Virus record (IMG/VR): IMGVR_UViG_3300023117_000015
Source of the DNA: an uncultured virus (IMG/VR IMGVR_UViG_3300023117_000015)
Lineage: Duplodnaviria > Heunggongvirae > Uroviricota > Caudoviricetes
Length of the DNA stretch: 64,000 bases
Reading direction: 5' to 3' (one strand)
The translations under genes were made by a program, and so were the position numbers. This document shows, one piece after another, positions 8,887 through 19,349 of the stretch. The notes beneath the pieces are model-generated. The model did not search any database. It was not told the origin of the DNA and saw only the letters and a program-made list of their open reading frames with translations. Position 1 is the stretch's first letter. Each line of letters begins with the position of its first letter.

Positions 8887-10938
8887 TTACAACTTCATAC
8901 TTCTGTTGATGCCATTTCTATCGATAAATGGGCCTATAACGCTATTTAGTCCTGTAATTTCACCCAATATTGTTACTGGTCTTAAATGATAATAAGTTAA
9001 AGTTCCTCCATGTAATCTTATAACCCCCTTAGATATTCCACCACCAACTAAACTATCGTCAGAACCTATTCCTTGTTCACCAAGATTATCCTCTCCAACA
9101 TTTCCTATAATAGACTCTTCTTCTCTGTCATCTTGACCGACATTGGGTGTTACTGTGTCATCTGTGGTGTCGTCTTGTCCCACATTAGGAGTTACAGTGT
9201 CATCTGTAGTATCATCTTGGCCTAAGTTTGTTGTAATGGCATCATCTGTGGTGTCGTCTTGTCCCACATTAGGAGTTACAGTGTCATCTGTAGTATCATC
9301 TTGGCCTAAGTTTGTTGTAATGGCATCATCTGTGGTGTCGTCTTGTCCCACATTAGGAGTTACGGTGTCATCTGTAGTATCATCTTGGCCTACTGATGGT
9401 GTCGCCACTTCGTCAGTTGCATCTTCTTCATTAATTGTAGTAGAGATTGTAGAATCTATTAAGTCACTAGAGTCTAAATTTGGTGTTAAGACAACATCTT
9501 CTAGTTCGTCAGTACTAATATTTGGTAATGTAGTTGCAAACTCTCTAACTAGTCTTTCTAAAACTTCGATTGACTCGTCTGTCGTAAGTCTATTTAATTC
9601 TTCTATAATATCAGGTGTTATAAGATCAAGTTGTTTTAATTCATTTATTAAATCTTCTTCAGTAAGATTTTTTTCTCTCAATTCTTCTACTAAAACTTCA
9701 GCAACAATTGTTTTTTCTAACAACTCTTCGTCTTGTTTTAAAAACTCTAAAACCTGTTTTTGTAGTTCTTCTCTTAGAGAATCTTCTGTTTTTATTAGTT
9801 CTTGACCGACAAGTTCCTCTACAAATTCTCCTATATTTGTATCTAATAAAAATTCTCTAACTGTAAGTTCGTTTAAATTTATTTCATTAATATTAGATTT
9901 TTCTAATTCTTCAAAGAAGAATTGTCCAAAAGTCTGTTCAACTAATGTTAATTCTTCTTTTTCTAAATTGCCCAACTCTACAATGTCGGTTTCTTCTGTG
10001 ACAAGTTTTTCTATGATAGAAAGAACTTCCCTATCAATAAATGAATCTAAAACATTTACTGCTGCCTTTTCTAATTCTTCTATAAAAATACTTTGTTTAG
10101 TTTCTATTATATCTGCTATTTCGTTTATTGCAGTTTCTTTGAATTCAGATACAATATTATCTATAATTTGTTCTGGTAAATCTTTTACAAAATCTCTTAA
10201 AACATCATCCGATAAGATTGCAGTTTTTATTTCTTCTTCTACTAAAGAAGTTTCTATTATCTCAGCGAGAGCCTCTGTGCTTATAAGTTCTGTAAGTTCT
10301 GTGACTCTTGTTTGATTATCAAATAAATCTGAAATATCTCTAGTGCTTATAAGATCAGACTCAGATTCTGCAACAACGGCCTTTACCGACTGTGTTATAG
10401 ACTCTATCAAACTTGTTTTTATTTTTGCAGCGACATCAGCTATTGTTTCTGTGCTGGGTAATGTATCTGCAACTTCAGTTTCTGGTGCGGGTTCTTGTGA
10501 TAATTGAGAATCTGCGACTTGATCTTCTGGCACTTCAACCTGAACTATGACAACGGGCAAAGTTTCTCTTACCTGTTCATAACTTTCTGAATCGGTTGAT
10601 AATGTAGAAGATACTTCTGTGGGCAAACTTGCAGTATTAAATAAAGAAACGTGCCATTCCATTGCAATTGCGCCGGCGACAGTATAGTTATAAACTGAAG
10701 TTTGATCGATTGTTGGATTTGTTACTTTTAGTTGAATAGTGTCACCATTATTAAATGATGCAGAATTTCCAACATCAATCCCATTTTTAATAATGGTTCC
10801 AGTGTTAAAAGTAACATTAACTGGTTGTGAACTTAAATCTGTAACAGTTACTATTTCTGAAAAGAGCTCACTTGGACTCGTGAGTCCAGAGCTCATTTCA
10901 ACATAGTCTGGTATAAAGAAACTGTCTATGAGTGCCAT
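8887..10938 (-). CDS. Very acidic protein: N-terminal beta domain, long Glu/Leu-rich helical region, C-terminal 14-aa Asp/Thr repeats
   Basis: 683 aa with GQDDTTDDTVTPNV / GQDDTTDDAITTNL repeats; RBS GAGGGGG. Confidence 0.6.
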   Translation of the reverse strand: MALIDSFFIPDYVEMSSGLTSPSELFSEIVTVTDLSSQPVNVTFNTGTIIKNGIDVGNSASFNNGDTIQLKVTNPTIDQTSVYNYTVAGAIAMEWHVSLFNTASLPTEVSSTLSTDSESYEQVRETLPVVIVQVEVPEDQVADSQLSQEPAPETEVADTLPSTETIADVAAKIKTSLIESITQSVKAVVAESESDLISTRDISDLFDNQTRVTELTELISTEALAEIIETSLVEEEIKTAILSDDVLRDFVKDLPEQIIDNIVSEFKETAINEIADIIETKQSIFIEELEKAAVNVLDSFIDREVLSIIEKLVTEETDIVELGNLEKEELTLVEQTFGQFFFEELEKSNINEINLNELTVREFLLDTNIGEFVEELVGQELIKTEDSLREELQKQVLEFLKQDEELLEKTIVAEVLVEELREKNLTEEDLINELKQLDLITPDIIEELNRLTTDESIEVLERLVREFATTLPNISTDELEDVVLTPNLDSSDLIDSTISTTINEEDATDEVATPSVGQDDTTDDTVTPNVGQDDTTDDAITTNLGQDDTTDDTVTPNVGQDDTTDDAITTNLGQDDTTDDTVTPNVGQDDTTDDTVTPNVGQDDREEESIIGNVGEDNLGEQGIGSDDSLVGGGISKGVIRLHGGTLTYYHLRPVTILGEITGLNSVIGPFIDRNGINRSMKL
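9139..9390. repeat. Coding 42-nt tandem repeat, six units with an 84-nt higher-order alternation
   Basis: Units encode GQDDTTDDTVTPNV (A) and GQDDTTDDAITTNL (B) in order A-B-A-B-A-A. Confidence 0.95.
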
Positions 10939-10965
10939 GCAAACCCCCTCATATTATTTATTATT

Positions 10966-10993
10966 AAAAAAGGGAACCGAAGTTCCCTTTTTT
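10966..10993. terminator. Rho-independent terminator with a cUUCGg tetraloop on the minus strand; symmetric, possibly bidirectional
   Basis: aaaaaagggaac-cgaa-gttccctttttt. Confidence 0.9.
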
Positions 10994-11007
10994 ATTTTAC
11001 GCCTCTA

Positions 11008-14000
11008 TTAAGAAACGTCTGGGGGAATGAAATCACTGTATTCTGGTCTGATAGAACCACCTCTTACTAAAAGCATAATTCTCATCCCATTACCATATGG
11101 TAGCGTTGAATGCATACCAAGATAGGTTCTTTCAGAAGAAGTTGTTGCAGAATTTGTTCCGGTGTGCCAAGTATATGGAAAACGGAAATTCAATTCTTCA
11201 GAACTATTGGTTCCTGTGCCGGCTGTGTCTCCAGTTACCGAAGAGCTCTGCACACTATCCAAATCATACTTTGCGTTGTTGGCACCAACATTAACAAAAC
11301 CTCCCATAGTACTTGCATCTGCTGATGTATAACAAATCAAATCCATTTCATCTTCTGGGTAGATATATCTCTGACTTGTCATTGGGGTTGGAAAGAAAGT
11401 AACCAAAGTTTTTCTATCTGTTAGTGCAAGTTGTTCGTATGGATTAATAATAGCAGGACTATCCACTTGTGGAATAATAGCCGACACATGTTTGTCCCAA
11501 GGTTTTAATACATCTTGTTCCCTGATACAGAATCTATAAATCGCTTTAGACTCGTTGTGTGGATTCATCCAAGATGCCGGAATATCTGGGTCCGATGGCA
11601 ATTCAATCAGATATTGAGATGTTGCATTAGGATCAATGGCATAATTCTCATATGCAATAGTTACTACTTGAGAATTTGCAATTTCATCTCTAACGTATAG
11701 ATGATCCGTTTGCAACATATATGCATAAACATTTTGTTCGTTTCCAAAAACGGGTATTTGAGTAAACTGTGGAACACCATCAGAATCTACAATATATTCT
11801 TCAGGAGCAACCGCAGCGTTTATTTCAACATTACTGACATATACACTCAACAAACTCGTATTTTCAAGAGGACCCGTCCCATCACCACTTCTGCCAACTG
11901 GATTGATATATCTATTTTGATATCCCGCACCTTTCCATCTATAATTAACTAAAACTTTTGGTTTTTGTCTGGCGATGGTGCCGCCAGACGTGTTGAGCGG
12001 ATCATAAGACCAATCTGTATCTGTGTCATTAATTTCGTGAATAACTAATTGTCTTAACGAATTATTAACTGGATTTTCTACAGGATGCAAAAACTTAATG
12101 CCAAATCTTTTTACTGGATAGGTTTCACCCCTAAATGTATTTGTAAAATTATCAATTGCTTGTACTTCTAATTCCCAATGCACACCCCTTTCCAATTCAA
12201 CATAGTCTTGGAATTTATATTCGGAGTGCCATCTTGCCAAATAAATAGATTCAATTTCCAACCCTTGGCCCGCTGGTCCCAATCCCCATTGATATGCAGT
12301 ATTAAAATTAACTAGTTCTGTATAATCTACCCCAAGATATGCAATATCGGGTGCTTGGGAGGAGATCGTCGGATCCTTGGTAGTAGCAATAGTAGGAAAA
12401 TCTGACACATGAGCTGCCGTAATATAATCTGTGCCAACGGTAAATCCGGGCGAAGTAAGAGAACCAACCTCCGATAAATTGGTATTTGCAACCAAATAAT
12501 TGTTAAAGTTTCCAAAAGTTGTGCCAGTTGTAGTTGCAAATATTCTATCTTTATCTGTTATAATACTTGAAACTACTCTATCGGTAGATTTTAACTGTCT
12601 ACCATCAATATCATAAATATCACCTAATTGATCATATTGTAGGTTAACTTGACCGGTAATTGAATTTACAGTTTTACTCCAATTTTGATACAATGCAATA
12701 TTGGTATTAGAGGCCTCGACAGCTCTTTTACTTGGCGAATAAACGCAGTGTATAGGAGATTTTCCTTCTTCCAATTCTATTTTACCAGATGTATTATTTA
12801 CATGTCTTTGTATTACAAACCATGCATAGTCATCATCTTGATCTACAGATGCATGATCCCACATAAACAAACCAAGACCGTGGTCTGTGACAGTAAGTCT
12901 ATATTTTACAGGATATGTTGGAGTAATTAGAGGGTCATCTTTGCCTGCACGTCTGAACCAACCAGAGCGAGACTTTCTAAAGCCATCACTACTATCATAA
13001 AAAATATCACATAACTCGCCAGGCCGTCTAAAAGTTGGTCCTTTGATACCATCACGACCTTGTGTACTACTTAAAGTTCCATTATCTGAAATTTGATATT
13101 TTGTGCCAGCAAAAACATTAATTTCATCTTTTTGTTCATTATATTCAAACATCAATCTCCATTTTTGTGGAGCTCTACCCTCCAACCAAGCAGAAGATGC
13201 AACCAGATCTGTTGGAACTGTAATTCCTGAAGGTATAATATCTTTTTTTGAAGAAAGAATATCAACACCTTTTTCGGATTCTACAATAAATCTCGATCCA
13301 ATTCTACGAATACAATTCATTACATCAGACTGATTTTGTTGACCATTTTCATCAATTACTGGATAAGAATTTGCGTCTGGACTTGAATATGGATAAATGA
13401 TATTGAACGATTGTTGTTCTATTTCTTCTTCTGGAATAGACATTCTCCAACTATTTGCGGCATAACGAACTCCAGAAATCATATCTGGTTCTAAATTATT
13501 TTCATCTTGTGTAAATGGTGTTAAAATTGTCCCGAATGCAATTGTACCATCGTTAGAAATAGATTCAATACGAACTTCACCTCTGCCATATTCTTGGATG
13601 ATTCTTTTCTGCAAATCATCAGACGAGAAAACTGCATCAGTACCTGTTATTTTAACATTCACTGATGAGTTGGTTTGATTTGACGCATACGAAACTACGA
13701 TTGTTCCGTTTTTCATTTTTGAATCAGACCAATCATATGTGTAATGATTTGCATAAGGATGTAAAGTTAAATCCATTGCTAATTGTTTTAAAACGCCATC
13801 TTCATAATTACTATAATACTGTGTTTTGGTAAAATAATCTAATATAAGTCGATCATTTGGATTTGGAATCGAAGCATTATTCAATGTAATTGAACCATAT
13901 GGCGCTACTGACGGAACAATTATAATAATGTTATCAGTTCCTGTAGATGGAGTATTATAAAATGTTATGTTTTGGCCATTTACCAAATAGTCATTATTGA

Positions 14001-14595
14001 TTTGTAATAAACTACCATCTACATAAATTTCTAAATCTCTAGGATCAGATATAGTCGAAACTACAGTAAATATAGTTGTTCCGAGTTTTCTAACATTTAT
14101 TGTTGAACCTACTGATGGAGCTGTATTAAATGTAATTTCATTATTACTAACACCACCAATTGTATAATCTGTGCCATGAGTTTGCAAAGAACCATCAATA
14201 GAAACTTGGTCGGTTGTTGATGGAGTAAAATTCGTCACCGTAAAATTAGTTATGGTTCCATCACCAGAAAAAGCTTGCGTCAGATCACCAACACCATCAA
14301 AAGACTCTCTGACAGCAGGAGATGGAGGCGTGTAATAAAACTGCCCTCCATTACTAAAACTATTGTCTCCTTCTAAATTATCTAGTAACAATATCTGACC
14401 TGTCTGATCGATCTTTGCTCGAATTACCAAAGTATTTGTTAATTCCGTATCTACATGTCTAGAAAGTGAATATGATGTTGTAGAACCATCACTTACAAAG
14501 TATTCTCTAAACATGGGTTGTTGCATAGAAATGAGTTCTATTCTAGATATGGAAAACCCACTGCTTTTGTATTTTGAGTCTAAACTATTAGCCAT
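11008..14595 (-). CDS. Virion structural protein, paralog family member (1195 aa)
   Basis: Shares the blocks QKWRLMFEY, PGELCD, YPVKYRLTVTDHG, DQDDDYAWFVIQRHV, REQDVLKPWD, IINPYEQL, FPT.MTSQRY.YP..EMDLIC and GNGMRI with the two neighbouring genes. Confidence 0.8.
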   Translation of the reverse strand: MANSLDSKYKSSGFSISRIELISMQQPMFREYFVSDGSTTSYSLSRHVDTELTNTLVIRAKIDQTGQILLLDNLEGDNSFSNGGQFYYTPPSPAVRESFDGVGDLTQAFSGDGTITNFTVTNFTPSTTDQVSIDGSLQTHGTDYTIGGVSNNEITFNTAPSVGSTINVRKLGTTIFTVVSTISDPRDLEIYVDGSLLQINNDYLVNGQNITFYNTPSTGTDNIIIIVPSVAPYGSITLNNASIPNPNDRLILDYFTKTQYYSNYEDGVLKQLAMDLTLHPYANHYTYDWSDSKMKNGTIVVSYASNQTNSSVNVKITGTDAVFSSDDLQKRIIQEYGRGEVRIESISNDGTIAFGTILTPFTQDENNLEPDMISGVRYAANSWRMSIPEEEIEQQSFNIIYPYSSPDANSYPVIDENGQQNQSDVMNCIRRIGSRFIVESEKGVDILSSKKDIIPSGITVPTDLVASSAWLEGRAPQKWRLMFEYNEQKDEINVFAGTKYQISDNGTLSSTQGRDGIKGPTFRRPGELCDIFYDSSDGFRKSRSGWFRRAGKDDPLITPTYPVKYRLTVTDHGLGLFMWDHASVDQDDDYAWFVIQRHVNNTSGKIELEEGKSPIHCVYSPSKRAVEASNTNIALYQNWSKTVNSITGQVNLQYDQLGDIYDIDGRQLKSTDRVVSSIITDKDRIFATTTGTTFGNFNNYLVANTNLSEVGSLTSPGFTVGTDYITAAHVSDFPTIATTKDPTISSQAPDIAYLGVDYTELVNFNTAYQWGLGPAGQGLEIESIYLARWHSEYKFQDYVELERGVHWELEVQAIDNFTNTFRGETYPVKRFGIKFLHPVENPVNNSLRQLVIHEINDTDTDWSYDPLNTSGGTIARQKPKVLVNYRWKGAGYQNRYINPVGRSGDGTGPLENTSLLSVYVSNVEINAAVAPEEYIVDSDGVPQFTQIPVFGNEQNVYAYMLQTDHLYVRDEIANSQVVTIAYENYAIDPNATSQYLIELPSDPDIPASWMNPHNESKAIYRFCIREQDVLKPWDKHVSAIIPQVDSPAIINPYEQLALTDRKTLVTFFPTPMTSQRYIYPEDEMDLICYTSADASTMGGFVNVGANNAKYDLDSVQSSSVTGDTAGTGTNSSEELNFRFPYTWHTGTNSATTSSERTYLGMHSTLPYGNGMRIMLLVRGGSIRPEYSDFIPPDVS

Positions 14596-14629
14596 TTAAT
14601 TTTGCCTTTATTCGTTTTAGTATTATTTA

Positions 14630-17600
14630 TTACGCAGGCGATGCACCTTCTACAACATCTGTCCATTTAATACTACTTCCAGAAACTTGTAAGAATACTC
14701 TCATACCATTTCCATTTGGCATAGTACTCATCATACCCTCATATTTTCTCTTGTTTCTTTTCCAGAAATAAGTATCACCAGTTGGTCCAACATGGCCACC
14801 CCATTCAAAGTCATCTCCGGCATCATTTGGACTTGGGTCAATATCAATACCATCAATATTTAAGACATTTCCACTCAAACCATTAGAATCTTGATACTTG
14901 TCAATCTCAATAGAACCAGACTGAGTTGAGAAATCAGCAGAAGAAATACAAATCAAATCTAATTCACTTCTTGGATAATAGAATCTTTGTGATGTAAGTT
15001 GTGTTGGGAATGAGAATACAAAATCTCTATCCTGTGTAATTGACAACTGTTCTTGCGGATTAATAACCGCATGAGAATCAACTTCGTGCATTGTAGCGGA
15101 AACATGGTAATCCCAAGGTTTCAACACATCCTGTTCTCTTACAACAAATCTATTAATAGTTTTTTCCTTGTTTTGATTTCTTTCTGGGAAATCTCTATCA
15201 GCAGGACTAGTAATATAATATGAGTTTCTAGCTGGATCACTATAAACATAGTTAATTAATTTTATAATTAATTCAGAACTATGTCTTGGAGCAGTTCTAA
15301 AGAATAATGTTTGATTGAAGAAATCGTAAATATATCTTTGTCTGTCATCCCCACTTGAAAAGACTGGGTCTCCAGGCAGTTTACCTGTCAATACACTTGT
15401 TGCAGTAATAGTAGACTTTATTAAATGATTTCTTGCATCATGGTCAGCACTATCTGCCTCAAGAATTGTTCCCTCGTTGCCGTAATATTTTACAGCCAAC
15501 CATCCAAGAACTTGATTTGTCGATTGTTGCCTATATGTATTCTGTGGATCTATGTATTTGAAAAACCTATCATACAATTCAACTGATAAATGCACACTAT
15601 ATGTGTCGTTTGTAGTATCATTTCTATATGTTTGTGTTGCACCAGAACCAGTACTAGGATCGAAATCAATACGATTTTCCAGACCAAGAATAATATTGAC
15701 AATTTCTTGTGGAATAATAAGGTGTTCTACTTCTACAGGCGTATCTGGAGCTCCATCTACAGTTCTTAATTCAGTAACAGTTTCTGTAAATGCGGGAAGT
15801 CTAAAATATCTACCAAGTTCATTAACTCCAGCAGCATCAAGAGACTGAATAAAGCGGCCGCAGGCCTGAGGATCGCCACTTCTTACCCACTCATCATATT
15901 GAAGTATATATCCTTTAGTGTCTCTTTCAAGTTCCTCACCATCAACAGCAACAACCATTGATTCCATAACTTTTTCCATATTCTGAACATTTTCATTGTA
16001 AAGAATATCAAGTAATGCATATGATGGGTCACTCCATTCACCAAGTGATGCACCAGTTACTGAGTCATTAATCGCAGTATTATTTGCAGCAGCCGCTTGG
16101 AAAGATGAAACTCTTTCAATTCTATTTGTAGGGAATACAACATTACCAGAATAATGTGGTGCAAGAGTTGCGTCAACCAACCAAATAGAACCGTCAGCAA
16201 CTGCGTTGGAGTTGTTTTGCGCGCTTCCGCCAGGAGGAGTAACTTGTTGTCCGTCCCTTGGCAAAGTCTCAAATCCAACAATTTGAAGATCATTAACCTT
16301 TGATCTATTTTCAACAAGTTGTCCAGAAGCAATCTTAACCGTTATAGTAGTAGTACTAGGGTCAATTGGTTGGCTTTGATTTATTCTTTGACTAATAGGA
16401 TTTAAAGAACCTGTGCCGCCAAAAAATGTAATAAATTTTGCTTGTCTGTCTATAATATAATCTTCACCCGCAACCAATGTTAATGTGTTACCTGCGTTTG
16501 GGATGTCTTTATATGTGACCACAATTTCTCTATCACCTAAATCATAATTGTCTGTCCAAAAATCCCAAAGCGGAAATGAACTAGGATCGGGAAATGCGGG
16601 ATCATGCTGTCCGCCAAAATCTCCAATCACTTCTGGATTGCCATTAACTGGAACTAATTGGGTCAACAATGCAACATTCTGTTTAGATCTTAGAGCGTCA
16701 ACACTAGAACTACCTGGCGCTGTTTCCCACGTAGCTAACGACCAGTAATCAGTTGTGTTAGTAGTGGCACCACCAATAATCCCTCTATCCAACTCCTGTT
16801 TAACACCCTGATTAAGATTTTGAACATTTGTTGCACTCAAAAGACCTGCCGTATAACCATATCCTGTAAAATCTAATGCATTTGTATATCCATTAAATAC
16901 TGGTGTTGCACCAGTTGCACTTATATACATTGTTGGACCTTCTGTTTCTAGCATTTGTCCCAATGATGTGTAAATATTTGGAGATTTTGTCAAATCATTT
17001 ACATCAGACGAAGAATAATACTGATTTAGGTCAGAAATGTCTACTGGACGTTTGGCAGGAGAATACACGCAATGTACTGGAGACTTTTGTGTAAACTCTG
17101 GTTGTCCTGTTGTTTGATCAACGTGTCTTTGAACAACAAACCATGAGTAATCATCGTCTTGATCTACAGAAGCCTGATCCCAAAGAAACAATCCCATTCC
17201 ATGATCGGTAACTGTTATTCTGTATGACATTGGATAAGTTCTAGAAATATTATCTTCAGTTTTTCCAGATCTTCTAAACCAGTGTGACTTTGCCTTTACC
17301 ATTTCATAACCAATTGTTCTACCAGTATTTGGTTCTAAGTATACATCACACAATTCTCCTGGCTCTCTATAAATTGGAGATTTAATACCATCTCTAGTTT
17401 GACCAGATGATACAGACATATCATCTAACAATTGATATTCAGTTGCCACATTAACTTTAACTGACTGTAGTTTACGATCCCACTCAAATCTAATTCTCCA
17501 TTTTTGTGGTCGTCTTTGACTTTGCACCTGATAATATTCTGGAATCAGATTATCATCAGATAATAGATCGACTCCTTTTGTAGACTCCACCAAAAACGAA

Positions 17601-19285
17601 TCCGTGATATCTCTAAGTGCTGCCTTAACAGCTGTTGGAGTATTTGAAACTGGTTTTGGATAAATTAAGTTAAATCCCGGCTGGAATTTTTCATTTTCTT
17701 CATAGAAGAGCATAAACGCATCACTATTTTTTACCTTAGTCAACTCCAAAAGTGCTGTATGAGATTCACTAGATGTAAATTGAAGGGTATAGTCTCCAGT
17801 AACCGTTGCAGCAACATCTAATTGTAATGTCGCAGTTGGCCAATAGCCAGGAACATTTGTGCCTGTTCCAGTATTTACATTACCACTAACAACGACTCCA
17901 TCTGGGTCCAAAATAACAAATTGATCGTTGTGATTAATTGTGATTGCGCTACCAGTAACATTACTACTTACATCACCCTGCACAAAACCAAATTTAATAA
18001 CCTCTCTTCTATCTCTTAAAGTTTCGGAGTAATATGTATTAATCTGATAATGGTTTGGATCGTTCAGATCAGTTGAACTTACATCAATTTCAATATACCC
18101 AGTATTATCGGTTGTACCAAAGGGATTTGTCGTAGGATCGGATTTTGGTGGTTGATGGCGAATAACAGATACTGCTACGTCATCCAAAGTTGTTGCTTCA
18201 GATTTTAACGCATTTGTTAAATCATAATCTTCACTATCAAGAGCCTCTTGTATTGGTCCATATCCTAGTTTTCCGATCATAGCTCCATAAGGAACATCCA
18301 AAGAATGTTTCCAAATATACGAAATTTCAACATCAACATCAGAACGATCTAACACCCATCCCCAAGTTTTGGCACTTTCTAAGAAAATTCTAAATCTACT
18401 TGTTCTATTAACTCTGTCAGAAGAAACAGACCACGCAGAATCTGGAATCACTTTACCATCAACAGCGATTCTAAATTCTCCGTCACCTAAGTCATTGAGG
18501 GTTAATGGAAAATTACCAATATATAAATCTGTTTCGTCTACACCAGTAGCTGGCGTAAATGAATGATTTTTAAATGTAAAACTAAATTCTTTTACACTTC
18601 TAAAAATTTTAGAACCAATTCTTGCACTTTCCAATTGATCCGTAAATGCATAATCTTGTTCTACACCAAATTTATTATCTAGTCCATATACTGTAGTGTA
18701 TTGATCAATTTCTGCTGGCAATATATTCGCTGCAGGAACAAACGCAGAATGATCTGTTTTAAGTACATAATTTGCCTTTTCGGGAATATTTCTAAAAACT
18801 TCTGGAGTTTCGAATGGATGCACTGTTAAGTCTTTTGCAAGTTGATATAAAAGTCCACCATCAGTTCCTGTCCAATTATCTTCTGATTCTTGATAACCAA
18901 TAGTTACTTTTTCACCAGAAACTGGCGCAGTTTGCGGTAAAAATTCCAAAGCTCCATGTTCGCCTATGTTAGTAATATATCGAACAACACCCAAACCAGC
19001 GTCCAAAGAGCCTTCGGTATAGGTATTTGCTTGCCAATTATTAAATTCTATCAATGGTGATTGTGTAGAATCTGCGAGCAAGTTGTTGCCGGTGTTTCTG
19101 TTCAGAGCGATTCTTATTTCTCCAATTTTAATTTCCCAAACCCAAGTTTTATCTTGAAAATCTGGTTTTGAGCGCAGAACATAAATCGTATTTGAACCAA
19201 TAGCAGTATGTGTTTCCACATTCTGTCTATGAGGAATATCTATAATCTCTGTTCTTTGTATGCTATACCCACTTGAGAGCGCCAT
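14630..19285 (-). CDS. Virion structural protein, paralog family member (1551 aa)
   Basis: Same conserved scaffold blocks as 11008-14595 and 19350-21290, with larger inserts. Confidence 0.8.
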   Translation of the reverse strand: MALSSGYSIQRTEIIDIPHRQNVETHTAIGSNTIYVLRSKPDFQDKTWVWEIKIGEIRIALNRNTGNNLLADSTQSPLIEFNNWQANTYTEGSLDAGLGVVRYITNIGEHGALEFLPQTAPVSGEKVTIGYQESEDNWTGTDGGLLYQLAKDLTVHPFETPEVFRNIPEKANYVLKTDHSAFVPAANILPAEIDQYTTVYGLDNKFGVEQDYAFTDQLESARIGSKIFRSVKEFSFTFKNHSFTPATGVDETDLYIGNFPLTLNDLGDGEFRIAVDGKVIPDSAWSVSSDRVNRTSRFRIFLESAKTWGWVLDRSDVDVEISYIWKHSLDVPYGAMIGKLGYGPIQEALDSEDYDLTNALKSEATTLDDVAVSVIRHQPPKSDPTTNPFGTTDNTGYIEIDVSSTDLNDPNHYQINTYYSETLRDRREVIKFGFVQGDVSSNVTGSAITINHNDQFVILDPDGVVVSGNVNTGTGTNVPGYWPTATLQLDVAATVTGDYTLQFTSSESHTALLELTKVKNSDAFMLFYEENEKFQPGFNLIYPKPVSNTPTAVKAALRDITDSFLVESTKGVDLLSDDNLIPEYYQVQSQRRPQKWRIRFEWDRKLQSVKVNVATEYQLLDDMSVSSGQTRDGIKSPIYREPGELCDVYLEPNTGRTIGYEMVKAKSHWFRRSGKTEDNISRTYPMSYRITVTDHGMGLFLWDQASVDQDDDYSWFVVQRHVDQTTGQPEFTQKSPVHCVYSPAKRPVDISDLNQYYSSSDVNDLTKSPNIYTSLGQMLETEGPTMYISATGATPVFNGYTNALDFTGYGYTAGLLSATNVQNLNQGVKQELDRGIIGGATTNTTDYWSLATWETAPGSSSVDALRSKQNVALLTQLVPVNGNPEVIGDFGGQHDPAFPDPSSFPLWDFWTDNYDLGDREIVVTYKDIPNAGNTLTLVAGEDYIIDRQAKFITFFGGTGSLNPISQRINQSQPIDPSTTTITVKIASGQLVENRSKVNDLQIVGFETLPRDGQQVTPPGGSAQNNSNAVADGSIWLVDATLAPHYSGNVVFPTNRIERVSSFQAAAANNTAINDSVTGASLGEWSDPSYALLDILYNENVQNMEKVMESMVVAVDGEELERDTKGYILQYDEWVRSGDPQACGRFIQSLDAAGVNELGRYFRLPAFTETVTELRTVDGAPDTPVEVEHLIIPQEIVNIILGLENRIDFDPSTGSGATQTYRNDTTNDTYSVHLSVELYDRFFKYIDPQNTYRQQSTNQVLGWLAVKYYGNEGTILEADSADHDARNHLIKSTITATSVLTGKLPGDPVFSSGDDRQRYIYDFFNQTLFFRTAPRHSSELIIKLINYVYSDPARNSYYITSPADRDFPERNQNKEKTINRFVVREQDVLKPWDYHVSATMHEVDSHAVINPQEQLSITQDRDFVFSFPTQLTSQRFYYPRSELDLICISSADFSTQSGSIEIDKYQDSNGLSGNVLNIDGIDIDPSPNDAGDDFEWGGHVGPTGDTYFWKRNKRKYEGMMSTMPNGNGMRVFLQVSGSSIKWTDVVEGASPA

Positions 19286-19322
19286 TATTTTCTCCTCTAA
19301 GCCTTTTTTAGTTACTTAATTC

Positions 19323-19330
19323 TATTTATA
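19323..19330 (-). promoter_or_regulatory. T4-type late promoter TATAAATA
   Basis: Exact motif in the intergenic gap upstream of 19285. Confidence 0.8.
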
Positions 19331-19349
19331 AAAAAACAATACACATTAT

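Noticed and set aside
7323..9390. 42-nt tandem arrays as CRISPR arrays
   Set aside because: Head-to-tail in-frame coding repeats with no unique spacers and no cas genes
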